From IMG/VR virus record IMGVR_UViG_3300020036_002522: a DNA stretch of 64,000 nucleotides, one strand, 5' to 3'. The notes beneath the pieces are model-generated. The model saw only the letters and a program-made list of their open reading frames with translations, was not told the DNA's origin and did no database searches. Origin of the DNA: a virus. Positions within the stretch are counted from its first letter, which is position 1; every line of letters starts with the position of its first letter. The translations under genes were made by a program, and so were the position numbers. Positions 20,401-27,004 of this stretch are shown here, piece by piece.

Positions 20401-21230
20401 AAGTTGTCCACGTACTCAGCGCGGGCCTTTTCGTCCGTGATACTGAGCCCTGCCTGCGCGCGCTCGAACACCTGCTGCGCGGCTTCCGTAATCCCTTCAG
20501 TCCCCATTGCGCGGCCCGTGGCCTTCAGGTAATCCGCAGCAATAGCTTTCAAGGACTGTTGGGCCATTGCCTTGGCCGTCTCTTCCGTAACCTCTTTACC
20601 GACGGAGCCGAGTAGCCGCCCTATACCGGGTAATAGTTTCATGGACAGCGTATCCAACGCTGCCTGCGGGATGGCCGACAAAGCGGCTTTGCCAAGTCCC
20701 AAGTCTTCGTACTTGGTGCCTTCCTCCATCTGCCGTCCAAGATTGGAGCCGGTGAACTGGCCTACGCCAATACCGAAGCCCCCGGCAAGACCGGCAATAC
20801 CTGCCGCACCCGCAAGCGCTGGAGCAGCGGCAGCGGCCCCTGTAGCAACCGCACCGGCTGCCAGAGGACCGATCATGTACGCCGCACTGCCCCCGGCAGT
20901 CTCTTTGAACTTGTTCCAGAAATCGTCCGTCCAGCCACCCTTGGTAGGCGTGAAACCTGCTTCTGATTCGGCCTTCTTCTTGGCGTAAATGCTCTTGGCC
21001 TCCTCGTCATCGAGCAAACCCATCTTTCCGCGGGTCAGCGCGAACTGGCCTTGCAGGTCTTTGAGCCCGGCACCGAACGCAGCGCCGAACCCGGACGTGT
21101 CGCCGGTGGGAGCGGGCGGTCCTAAGTCGGGTCTGCGCGCCAGTATCTGCTTTTTTGCTTCTTCGGGAGACAGCTCATCGGGGATGTTATCTACCGAAGT
21201 GCCGTCTGGGAGCTGTATCGAGTAAGGCAC
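11385..21230 (-). CDS. giant virion-associated (internal/ejection-type) polyvalent protein, 3281 aa
   Basis: Single 9.8-kb ORF at the distal end of the virion block. Gly/Ala-rich hydrophobic stretch near aa 115-165. Roughly 1700 aa are Ala/Glu/Lys/Gln-rich and helical. A zincin-like HEVAGH sits at 14394-14411 (aa 2274-2279) in the context LVAANLHNGRDVALTIVHEVAGHYGL. There is a large C-terminal domain. Confidence 0.8.
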   Translation of the reverse strand: MPYSIQLPDGTSVDNIPDELSPEEAKKQILARRPDLGPPAPTGDTSGFGAAFGAGLKDLQGQFALTRGKMGLLDDEEAKSIYAKKKAESEAGFTPTKGGWTDDFWNKFKETAGGSAAYMIGPLAAGAVATGAAAAAPALAGAAGIAGLAGGFGIGVGQFTGSNLGRQMEEGTKYEDLGLGKAALSAIPQAALDTLSMKLLPGIGRLLGSVGKEVTEETAKAMAQQSLKAIAADYLKATGRAMGTEGITEAAQQVFERAQAGLSITDEKARAEYVDNFIGGAVLGGAMSPVGHYSDRGREISQGEALGRKRVAEEQKVALEAETQSKLTKLADPAYAEGIAKQMAEANAQLEAMNPGKRKKDATLAEKIEHAQAWKEYNAFETSLRPLQEQYEEVAPLLKKRAAETAAADALKAKEEKEALEAQGLAALTGQRDTLQIQLVEAKKAAKTAAAEGNIEGAAKAQETMDALAEQLKGLAPTITKLQDAAPPTVSDPEALLAKMQKQYAAHIDGGRGAKAAELLPEIGRLHTQVQATRQAFPSAEGAVPGNQTAGPNPFAPPAAAATDTTVPPAAPPAAPNQTNDLLRQVFGTDVAAAEEDAKSRDLYRNPTAAERTPDSTTNNTLALKQEQMFGDIEPGGADPRVGKASQLLAQIEQLQNRPNMPPETQRALENYAKALANPAFEGITQQDYDTALKNAGKVATHPDMVGVTNIGAQNALMRLAENINKIAYQGYGQGEERALNRAEVNARIAAVDAKLNAWRPDPEAIAQARAALQAAKTETADGVIRANAVDPATGKVVARNQTAFDRQAVLKRELDNLLRPTALLAERERLRSSGLGVNMTPYDRQQKQLTTVGTGTSTDIAGEATPEQIANARMVRPKGELVKETGVPAAETADGVARANEIDPATGEVVARNQPFKRPAPRPSELGREVIAVNANPDTVQEQSSFLGAVDEDGAQSTVERVAPPGSGVMDRGITRVERGVERGVGMTRALPSDTEVTAAMQELSPADKQTLNLWDNVFGEGSAANRLVRDAEAGLAKAQSAVDVANGELAGLKAALEEALTPIKAVIGDVLPVKRAAESSEAHAAAMEKYAADVKATEDAKFDAAQGEVQGIGQKIVAATKRLERAKGELDAEMKRLQATGELSPEFMQFIGDSNLEAEVEKATAAVADVLNRSTSGNANNVRILADGMGGAAAKATSALQVQSLIQNTIPDVRRLMGPRVATLVETLLRVKAANNIMGTVQRLTSYIQYSEEALATTLPRAREAAVKAAQKQAAAGDKTTTAATIKADIARAEATAKQEAYQALLKKIDDFTATDPKAKAASKAVAGKTSEIEQLQKTSLDRVTKARTDVARAKETRKLVMENEQALRSGKPSPLQASIAANVKNTEAIYNSTEAALRGAWDTRADARAELTEDVMSFENLLADLARTEAALADLWAGHASSTVDMESEAATLIDAAALLAPTVYDTQMIDANRALDKAELVGGARAAAAEEATLMSELDNALKPLRERLKENADLQKNPQSASHRSALLEHQNRIIKQMNATADLYRERLQAARAEKAQMGEESQTAPDPDSKGWALEQLTNLKVRREAVQAQLDSIAAGIDSIRAERAELVAAERQKQTDVMKTARELGAATDDVRNADTRAKLSEMLNDQRVLEERADKEIAAAEGIVNAAIARVKEEGYTDLDAMQEYRTARKVYDEAVAARARVYDHSLQMMRDQIELVKSLPAMERTAPTPQNAFFNSPAPVAEANPAAVATTAQALKEGVVSGPEQTETAAERAAFEERVNTTDDPAALRKELGGYEGDVANIEAEIEGLAAKTDMQHPMIKLLRKNLAEAEALLEKMYKPSFFDRSLPKADLEKAITNVQARVQLERTRLENGIKGLREKSSTLKQRNHMSPEAAAQLRADIQRRMADGQRKLDAAEKARDAVNGLIPTRITKAIANAQEEIAAAKEDWKRLDMVRGKDTNIRMGLLEKKAALEEKITTITERLSRVERGQSVATIAATQGPAVRRGVATKTALNAGDMISGDVTAVAGKRQADGSVGEATTVTKESKVGTRNKVTEKLIHPKVTAEQAVAQANDDMRESNALRSEMVWAKLARDLEAAIKERAEAKLSNDAVQKSKAGAPAKAAAAQRLKDAIAAVKAADAALKKDTSLPAASTAVQRLEKDSREDIAGPPVVYRTSTTTGTGMKAAEVTRLANRITEGWTNTPNTVVVDTEAQLPQRLQDQAARDGMTGKVPGLFDPDSKTVYLVAANLHNGRDVALTIVHEVAGHYGLRDMMGDAYTDTMNRLYEGNASVAQAADKLMAADPRLSKEIAVEETLADMSETTPGKEGVSAALSRVFYAVKQWLWKKLGLKGVTDGEVRQIVANARRHVKRGEARGDSAGGEAVYRTAAPDYGRLAGTPITKVGNVVPPDSRTTMQRVLDSISEAWNTGVVDMHAPVKNAMELAKGAGVDGKLVEQALHSLVRTGYSSSLVSQFMTNGGPETVRDSKGLISQRAGGAPSAMEVLAAAEGIPGGNSAAKFELATSYRLAKRGLRVGANKISFNTTPAQLTAVLQQVNADPELKAALNNFNNLYDKYNEALVTWAMESGAITPDLASEMLRHKDYVPMYRNNGGILQIAFGDSQWHRLGDIANTPFMHKLKGGDEAIMPINESIMYNTKLLTDMALVNMAKRNIAYVLQAAGKGKAANGKNKMSVIAGIPPAGRQYLKWKQTPLGSSDRGDRFLEIDTENTALAGIPTDMLAQSIEGHHATMPAYLKWSSYLNDLLRAGVTRVPAYTLRQLIKDPSSIASTSGLEANPLTAVARAFKEYGKGMANRNADIDDMNRRALVQSNILTGDFDDFIKLTHMLADGANPSKTRQFLNLLDKSAHMADAATRVQVYNDSIKRGLSEVEAERRVMESMNFHKRGAWATIQHANRLLPFFNAGIQAINVSIKALQGKMPFEEELKVRQTYLNNMMMLAIGGVAYATMMGDNDEYAKLKPSDKFGFLHIPLPGTDTLLKLPYTYAEGGGMAIAMGQALVEGFKDNAEANQLLKALFMYGVRALPNQGNLPIPQGLKQAIGVSLNSNMDTWKPIPIVSRSLSSLTPEKQFDANTPEAFKLLGEATGTSPKKLAWFVDQVMGGIVSVVMGTLDAVNPMMGGVAQAEKRLDQVPFIKSLFQNPTTSAASEMAFARASEATVAHQTLGNMRNRGASAEEIKDFIDSHIKDLRAQPLAGKFVQKLGAINTAMERLRNADMPATEKTQRIRELEKVRNEIAETVEQAFKELDAIDV

Positions 21231-21239
21231 TGGCGTCCC

Positions 21240-23093
21240 CTATATTGGTTTTAGCGTATTGAAGTCTAACCGAGTTCCCGGGGCTGCGGCCCCCGCGTCC
21301 TTAAAGGATATGTCGCCATACCCGGCGTCCTTGTACAGCGTAGGCAGCAGGCTGTCCTCGGCTTTGAGTTTCTTCAGCACCTGTGCAAAGTAGGTGCTCG
21401 CGTCAGGAACTACCAGTTTCGGGTTTATCAGTGCCTGCTCTTTAAGCTGCTTCAACTGCTGCTCTGCAAGCGTAAGTGCGTTGTTGTGTAGCTGTTCAAG
21501 GTGCCCTTTCAGCCGGTTCGCTGCGGCCAATTCTTGTCGCTGCAATCCACTTTCTGTCCGGCCTTCGCGTCTATCCGCCAAGGTGTCTTCGGCAAGCCGG
21601 TTAGAAATGCGGTGCTGTTCCGCAGTAGCCTCCCTTTGCGCGGCAGCGGAGTCCAACTGCGCCCCGGCATTGAGCCCTGTTAGCACACGGCCATCCGCTT
21701 TTTCCTGCGATGCCTCGCCGGCAGCAGCACGTTTCATCCCCACTTCGACACCGAGCTTGCTGATGTCCACATCGGCATCGAGCAGGCGCTTCGCCCACGC
21801 GGCGTCGGACTCTTTGCGTTTCTGCTGTGCTGCTTCGTAACTTAGGGTAGACCCTAACAACGCCTGCGCCCAATCACCTTTGGTGGCCACTGCGGTACCC
21901 GCAGCAAGCGCGTTGATGATGTCACGGATAGGACTACGACCGGCAACTTCCTTCTCGTGATCCGCTTTTAGGGCTTCCAGTCCGGAGCGCTGCCGCGCCT
22001 GCAGCTCGCGGGCTTCCTTGCCGTACATGCTATCGGTGTACAGATCGGACGCATCCCGCGCTTTCGTGTTGAAGGTACCGTCGCCAATCATCCCCTTAAC
22101 CCGTTCCCTCAACATATCGGAGAAGGAGTCGCCCGCTTTTGCGGCCGCTGCCGTAGCGAGTCCGCCGGGTAGCGTACCCGGCGGGGCAGAGGGCGCGCCC
22201 GACTGCACCACATCCTTCGGTGCTTGTACTCTTGCTATCGCTTCGTTAACCACATCAACGCCTAGTTGATCGCGCATTTGTGCGAGGATGCCATCGCGGG
22301 CTTCGGGGTTTTGCAGCGCAAGGGCGACCAGTCGGTCTATGGAGGTTCCTGCCAAATTAAACCCCTTACCTCCGCCAATATCTGTTCCCCAAGAAGCTGC
22401 CCCGGGGCCTGCTGTCGGTGGTGTGTACTCCTTCTCTTTCGGGCTGTTGATCCCGTACCCCGGTGCGCTGACCATCTTTTTGAAAGACTCCACAGGCGAC
22501 GCGAGCGCTTGCGCTATAGGAGACAGTACCGCTTTGGGAACGACTCCTAAAAACTCCGCTACCTTGTCCATGTCCTGCAGATATTTACTGTCCTTTGCTT
22601 TTTCCGCTTCACGAATAGCATCTTGATACGATGTGCCTGCAACAAGCCCGGGGATACTATAGTCATCTACGTAGCTGTTGTCCTCCCCGTTGAACGACAC
22701 AATCCCCCCGCCGGCATACTTCGTCGGCAGATTCGTCTGCAGTTTCGTCAGCCCGCCTTCGGCGGCGCCTTGGACTTGCGCGGCAGCCTGCAACCCGCCC
22801 GGTGCCTGCGCTTGCTGTTGCTGGCTTTGGGCAGGGTGGTTCTGGGCGAACTGCTGCACAAGCTGCTGCTGCATGACCTGCTCGGCTTTCTGGCCTGCAG
22901 TCTGCGCCACGGTCGGAGGTGTCTGCCCCTGTGCCAATGCCTGTTGTTGCTGCCAGTGCTCCGCCGCTTTGTCGACAGCCATCTTGGACAACAGCGTCAG
23001 CAAGTCCGGCGTAACCCCCGTCTTGGGGTCAGGCGGCGCCACGGGTTTGCGCGCCATGAGGGATTGCGTTGGGGTAGGGGCGCTATTCATCAT
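21240..23093 (-). CDS. internal virion protein (617 aa, Gln-rich N-terminus)
   Basis: Tiles exactly between the 1210-aa and 3281-aa genes. Q/A-rich N-terminal third and helical remainder. No enzymatic motif seen. Confidence 0.6.
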   Translation of the reverse strand: MMNSAPTPTQSLMARKPVAPPDPKTGVTPDLLTLLSKMAVDKAAEHWQQQQALAQGQTPPTVAQTAGQKAEQVMQQQLVQQFAQNHPAQSQQQQAQAPGGLQAAAQVQGAAEGGLTKLQTNLPTKYAGGGIVSFNGEDNSYVDDYSIPGLVAGTSYQDAIREAEKAKDSKYLQDMDKVAEFLGVVPKAVLSPIAQALASPVESFKKMVSAPGYGINSPKEKEYTPPTAGPGAASWGTDIGGGKGFNLAGTSIDRLVALALQNPEARDGILAQMRDQLGVDVVNEAIARVQAPKDVVQSGAPSAPPGTLPGGLATAAAAKAGDSFSDMLRERVKGMIGDGTFNTKARDASDLYTDSMYGKEARELQARQRSGLEALKADHEKEVAGRSPIRDIINALAAGTAVATKGDWAQALLGSTLSYEAAQQKRKESDAAWAKRLLDADVDISKLGVEVGMKRAAAGEASQEKADGRVLTGLNAGAQLDSAAAQREATAEQHRISNRLAEDTLADRREGRTESGLQRQELAAANRLKGHLEQLHNNALTLAEQQLKQLKEQALINPKLVVPDASTYFAQVLKKLKAEDSLLPTLYKDAGYGDISFKDAGAAAPGTRLDFNTLKPI

Positions 23094-23105
23094 TTTCAGT
23101 TCCTC

Positions 23106-26100
23106 TTATGGCTGTACGGCATAGTTCAGAGCGGGCAGTGCGGTGAGCCCGTAGGTGGCCGCGGCCTTCGGTGCGTCGCGTGCGGCCAACCAATTAGCGT
23201 AGTCGGCGTTGAGGCCGGCTTGCGTAGTTGTCTGCTGCACATTGCCCGCATTGAGTGTTGCGTTGATGGCCGCCAACCCGTAATTCTGGTTGGCGATGGC
23301 TGCGCTGGTGCCGTTGTTCGCGCTCGACACACTGGCCTGCGTCTGGTTGCCAGCATTGGCGATGCTTGCCGCGTTGGCGGCGCCTGCCGTGAACTGGCTT
23401 GCCTGATTGGTAGCACCGGTGTTCGCCAGATTGACTTGCGTGCCCAACTGCGCGTTGTTGTTGTTGGTCGCGTTCTGGTAGCCCGCATTTGCAATGGCCG
23501 CGTTGTTTTGGAATCCAGCATTCGCCAACGTGTTCTGGTTGACGGAACCTGCATTGAACTGCGTTGCGTTGTTGATCGCGCCCGCATTGCTGATGTTGGC
23601 CTGCTGTTGGAACCCGGCGTTGGTGGCATTGACCGTATTGTTGGCGTTGGCCACGAACTGGCCTGCTTGGTTCTGGAACCCGGCGTTGGCGATACCGACC
23701 TGATTGGCCGCGTTGGCATTGGCGAGCCCTGCCGTATTGTTGGCATTGGCCCCGAACTGGCTGGCGGCAGACTGCAGCCCGGCGTTGGCGATACCTGCTT
23801 GGTTGCTGGCGTTGGCCCCGAACTTCGCCGCTTCGTTTTGCGCTGCCTGATTGGCCAAGCTGAACTGGTTTTGCTGCCCCGAGTTGAACATGCTAACCTG
23901 ATTGGACTGCTGTGCGTTCTGCAGATTTGCCGTATTGGCGGCGTTGGCCGTGAACTGACCGGCCTGATTCTGGAACCCGGCGTTAGTCAGATTGGTTTGG
24001 CTGGCCAGCTGTGCGTTCTGCATGTTGCCCGCGTTGTCCATCTGCCCCTGCGCCAGCCCGTATTGCCCTTGCAGGTTCTGGTTTGCCAAGGACTGCTGCA
24101 GTCCGACTTGCGTACCGAGCCCCTGCGTTTGCAGATTTGCTCCAAGGTTGGCAGTTCCTGTTTGAATCCCTGCCTGCTGATTGGCTACCTGTGCACCGAC
24201 CCCCCGCGCCTGATCGGCGTTGTACTGTGCCTGTGCGTTGGTGTAAGCCGACTGTAAGCCTGCGGCCTGAATGTCACCCTTCTGTGCGGCCAGATTCTTC
24301 GCGGCTTCTGCATCCATGACAGCCGTGCGGGAACCGCCGAACGCGCCTTGTTTCATCTGATTGCTCTGGCGCTGTGTCGTGGCCACGTCGGCTTGGCGCT
24401 GCGCATCGCGCTGCTGATTCTCCACAACCTGCTGCATGTAAGGCGTCATGTACGCCGTGGAGTTCCCATTGTCGATGAAGCGATCGGTGTTGACCTTCTC
24501 TGGCCCCGCCATCTGGTACGAATTAAGGTTCGCTTGATAGTTGCTGGTGGGTGCGGCGCCCAGCGTCGTCTTTTCCACTGTCGGTGCAGCACCGGCCAGC
24601 GTAGCGTTATAGCCCTGCGAAGTAGCGTCGCGTGCAGTAGCGCGTTCTGCTGCGCCCAACAGGTTGGCGGTGTAGCCCTGCGATCCGGCCAGCGAAGACT
24701 GGTACCCCTGCGTCGGCGCTACGTTGGTGGCGCTGGCTGTGTTGACGTTGTACCCCTGCGCAGCAGCCTGCTGTGCGGGCGTGGCTTGCGTGGCAATGTA
24801 CTGGGCGGCGGGCCCGGCGTTGATGGCCTGCGCTTGTGCAGCGTCGGCTTGCTGTGCGGTGCTCTGTGCCGCGGTGTATCCTTGGGAAGTGGCCGTACCC
24901 GCTGCCGCGCCACCCCCGCCAACGGTACCGGAAGCACCCAGATTACCGTACGCGTCGAATGCCTTTTGCTGTAACGCAGATGTACCCGCTGTGAGCTGCC
25001 CACCGTATGGCTGCCAGAGTGCCGGATTGTTGGCCACGGCCGTGATATTGGATGCGGCACCGGTAGCGAGGTCTCCACCGGTGGCGAAGTGTTGCACCGC
25101 CCCGCCCTTGGCGTAGTTGGCGGCTTTCGCAAGTCCACCAGCTTTCGCAGTGAACGTCTCGGGATTGATCTGCTTACCCTGCTTTTTGGTACCGGTGCGC
25201 GCGGTGCGAATGTCGTCCATCATCTTGTACAAGTGCTGCGCGCCTGCGTCAGAGTTGCCATTACCAAGGTGGGACACCACGTCGGCCGGCACGACGAACT
25301 CGCCGTGCGCCATTGCCGCAGGCTGCTTGCCATCGATCACCGCCGGGATTTGGTCGGCCATGCCATCAGTTGCACCTTGCAGGTAACGAGCAGGTAGGGG
25401 TTGCTGTGGTGCCATGGGGGCTCCTTGCTGTGGTGCCATACCGCCGGCGGCAGCATTCCACGTGTTCATATAGTCTTCGTCAGTCAACGGGTTGCGATAC
25501 ACCGGCACCGTGTAGGGGGCGGTCAGCGACTGTGCGGCCAGATTGGACTTGTAGGTGTCCGTGTTTTTGGCGTTGAGCGCACCTAGTCCAGCCACACGCT
25601 TCGCGTCTTTCGCTTGGGCGGCGGATAAAGCAGCGGTGTCTCCGCTGTTGACGAAGGAGTGGGGTGTGAACCAACTGACCCCGCCCGATCCCGGGACGTG
25701 TCCGGCAGGCGTAGCAATTGGCGTATGCCCGACCATAGTGCGGTCAGGAACCTGTACGTTGTACGTGCCATTTTTGACCTCCGGGCCTTCGGACAGTTTC
25801 TTGATGACAGCAGCAACGGTCAACCCGTCTTTCAAGATGTCTGCGATCTTGAATGAGCCGTCGGCGTTGACGTACTGTTTCGTCAACGCTGCTTTTGTGG
25901 AGTCCCACAGACTGGGGGAGCCGACCGCTTCCTTGCCCAAATCCATGCCCCATCCTGCGGAGCCGGGGCCAGCGGTGGGGGCGGACCAAGCGCCTGCGCC
26001 TGCCGCAGTCGCTTCCGTGCCTATCCCACTCAGTGCCGCCGCGTCGGCGGTGTTCATGGCTGCCCACGCGTCCGCAGTTAGTGCCTCGGGGGCCAAGGAG

Positions 26101-26738
26101 GTAAGCCCCGCCCCTGCTGCAGCAGGGAGCCCGCCCGCTGCAGCAGGCACCGCACCAAGATCGATACCGGTTGCAATTTGTTCTGGAACACCAAACGAAA
26201 ACGGTGCGGAACCCCCCGCAGATGCGGCAGGGCCTACCCCTGTACTCGCGCCCCCAGCCGTACCCCCCAGTGCTCCGCCGAGGGCGTTAACACCTGCATA
26301 CATGCTGGCTGCCATTGCCGCTGGGCGACCGAGCGTGCGCCACGCCTCGCCAAGACCACCAAGGTCTTGACTTTCAGGATGCGGGTTTACGTTGTCCCAT
26401 GCGTTGAAATATGGATTCTGATCGCGATAACGATACCCGTCGCCCCAGCCCATCCCGGCGCTGGAAGCGTTAGCCTTCGGGTCAAGATACTTGTCGTAGT
26501 AGTCCGCTACCGACATCCCCGCGACTTCAGACGCCGCGTTACCGCCGCGGTCGTTTGCAACGAACACATCACCGTACTTCTTCAGGAAATCGTCCCGCGA
26601 CATGAACTGCTTTTCGGTGTACGCCTTCTGCGCTGCTTCCCGGGCGAGACGCGCTGCCTCGATCGACGGGTCTACCCAGTTTTCTCCTCCAGAGCTTGTG
26701 TAGCCTGTACCGGGGGTGTTGTAGTCATCGTACGGCAT
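23106..26738 (-). CDS. internal virion protein (1210 aa) with Asn/Gln/Ala/Gly-rich C-terminal repeat domain
   Basis: Long ORF in the virion block. The C-terminal ~400 aa are degenerate NAGFQNQAGQF / ANA-N-type repeats. The function is positional inference. Confidence 0.6.
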   Translation of the reverse strand: MPYDDYNTPGTGYTSSGGENWVDPSIEAARLAREAAQKAYTEKQFMSRDDFLKKYGDVFVANDRGGNAASEVAGMSVADYYDKYLDPKANASSAGMGWGDGYRYRDQNPYFNAWDNVNPHPESQDLGGLGEAWRTLGRPAAMAASMYAGVNALGGALGGTAGGASTGVGPAASAGGSAPFSFGVPEQIATGIDLGAVPAAAGGLPAAAGAGLTSLAPEALTADAWAAMNTADAAALSGIGTEATAAGAGAWSAPTAGPGSAGWGMDLGKEAVGSPSLWDSTKAALTKQYVNADGSFKIADILKDGLTVAAVIKKLSEGPEVKNGTYNVQVPDRTMVGHTPIATPAGHVPGSGGVSWFTPHSFVNSGDTAALSAAQAKDAKRVAGLGALNAKNTDTYKSNLAAQSLTAPYTVPVYRNPLTDEDYMNTWNAAAGGMAPQQGAPMAPQQPLPARYLQGATDGMADQIPAVIDGKQPAAMAHGEFVVPADVVSHLGNGNSDAGAQHLYKMMDDIRTARTGTKKQGKQINPETFTAKAGGLAKAANYAKGGAVQHFATGGDLATGAASNITAVANNPALWQPYGGQLTAGTSALQQKAFDAYGNLGASGTVGGGGAAAGTATSQGYTAAQSTAQQADAAQAQAINAGPAAQYIATQATPAQQAAAQGYNVNTASATNVAPTQGYQSSLAGSQGYTANLLGAAERATARDATSQGYNATLAGAAPTVEKTTLGAAPTSNYQANLNSYQMAGPEKVNTDRFIDNGNSTAYMTPYMQQVVENQQRDAQRQADVATTQRQSNQMKQGAFGGSRTAVMDAEAAKNLAAQKGDIQAAGLQSAYTNAQAQYNADQARGVGAQVANQQAGIQTGTANLGANLQTQGLGTQVGLQQSLANQNLQGQYGLAQGQMDNAGNMQNAQLASQTNLTNAGFQNQAGQFTANAANTANLQNAQQSNQVSMFNSGQQNQFSLANQAAQNEAAKFGANASNQAGIANAGLQSAASQFGANANNTAGLANANAANQVGIANAGFQNQAGQFVANANNTVNATNAGFQQQANISNAGAINNATQFNAGSVNQNTLANAGFQNNAAIANAGYQNATNNNNAQLGTQVNLANTGATNQASQFTAGAANAASIANAGNQTQASVSSANNGTSAAIANQNYGLAAINATLNAGNVQQTTTQAGLNADYANWLAARDAPKAAATYGLTALPALNYAVQP

Positions 26739-26747
26739 AATCGTTCC

Positions 26748-27002
26748 TTAAACCTTGACTTTCAGCACGTTGCTGGCCGTCGTATCCCTGTAGACATCGC
26801 CAGCCCGTAGGGTAGCAACATCCGCTTCTGTTGGCAATGTATTGAGGTCAAAACTGAGCGTTGCGGCCGAGAGCCCCTGCGGGCCTTGCAGAGCGGCAAA
26901 GTACAACCGCAAGATGTTGTTCAGCTCGTTAACGTACTTCTGATTGTATTCGCGCGGGGCGACTGGTAGTGCCGGCGGCGCGGTGCGTTGAAAGGTTCCC
27001 AT
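26748..27002 (-). CDS. hypothetical virion-module protein
   Basis: The ATG at 27002 lies 2 nt after the upstream TAG (27005-27007). The longer track start (27056) would overlap the upstream gene by 52 nt. Confidence 0.45.
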   Translation of the reverse strand: MGTFQRTAPPALPVAPREYNQKYVNELNNILRLYFAALQGPQGLSAATLSFDLNTLPTEADVATLRAGDVYRDTTASNVLKVKV

Positions 27003-27004
27003 GG

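Noticed and set aside
11385-21230. The giant protein as an N4-like virion RNA polymerase reading the hairpin palindromes
   Set aside because: Size and virion context are suggestive. However, I cannot find T7/N4-type RNAP motifs (T/DxxGR, Rx3Kx6-7YG, catalytic Asp pairs) by eye. The middle of the protein is a low-complexity helix, and sigma70-like promoters are present. I keep this only as a remote alternative in the palindrome finding.
22623-24257. 544-aa plus-strand ORF across the 617- and 1210-aa gene junction
   Set aside because: It is antisense to two contiguous minus-strand genes that tile the block without gaps. Its composition (Arg/Leu/Gly/Cys/Val) is that of a GC-rich shadow frame.
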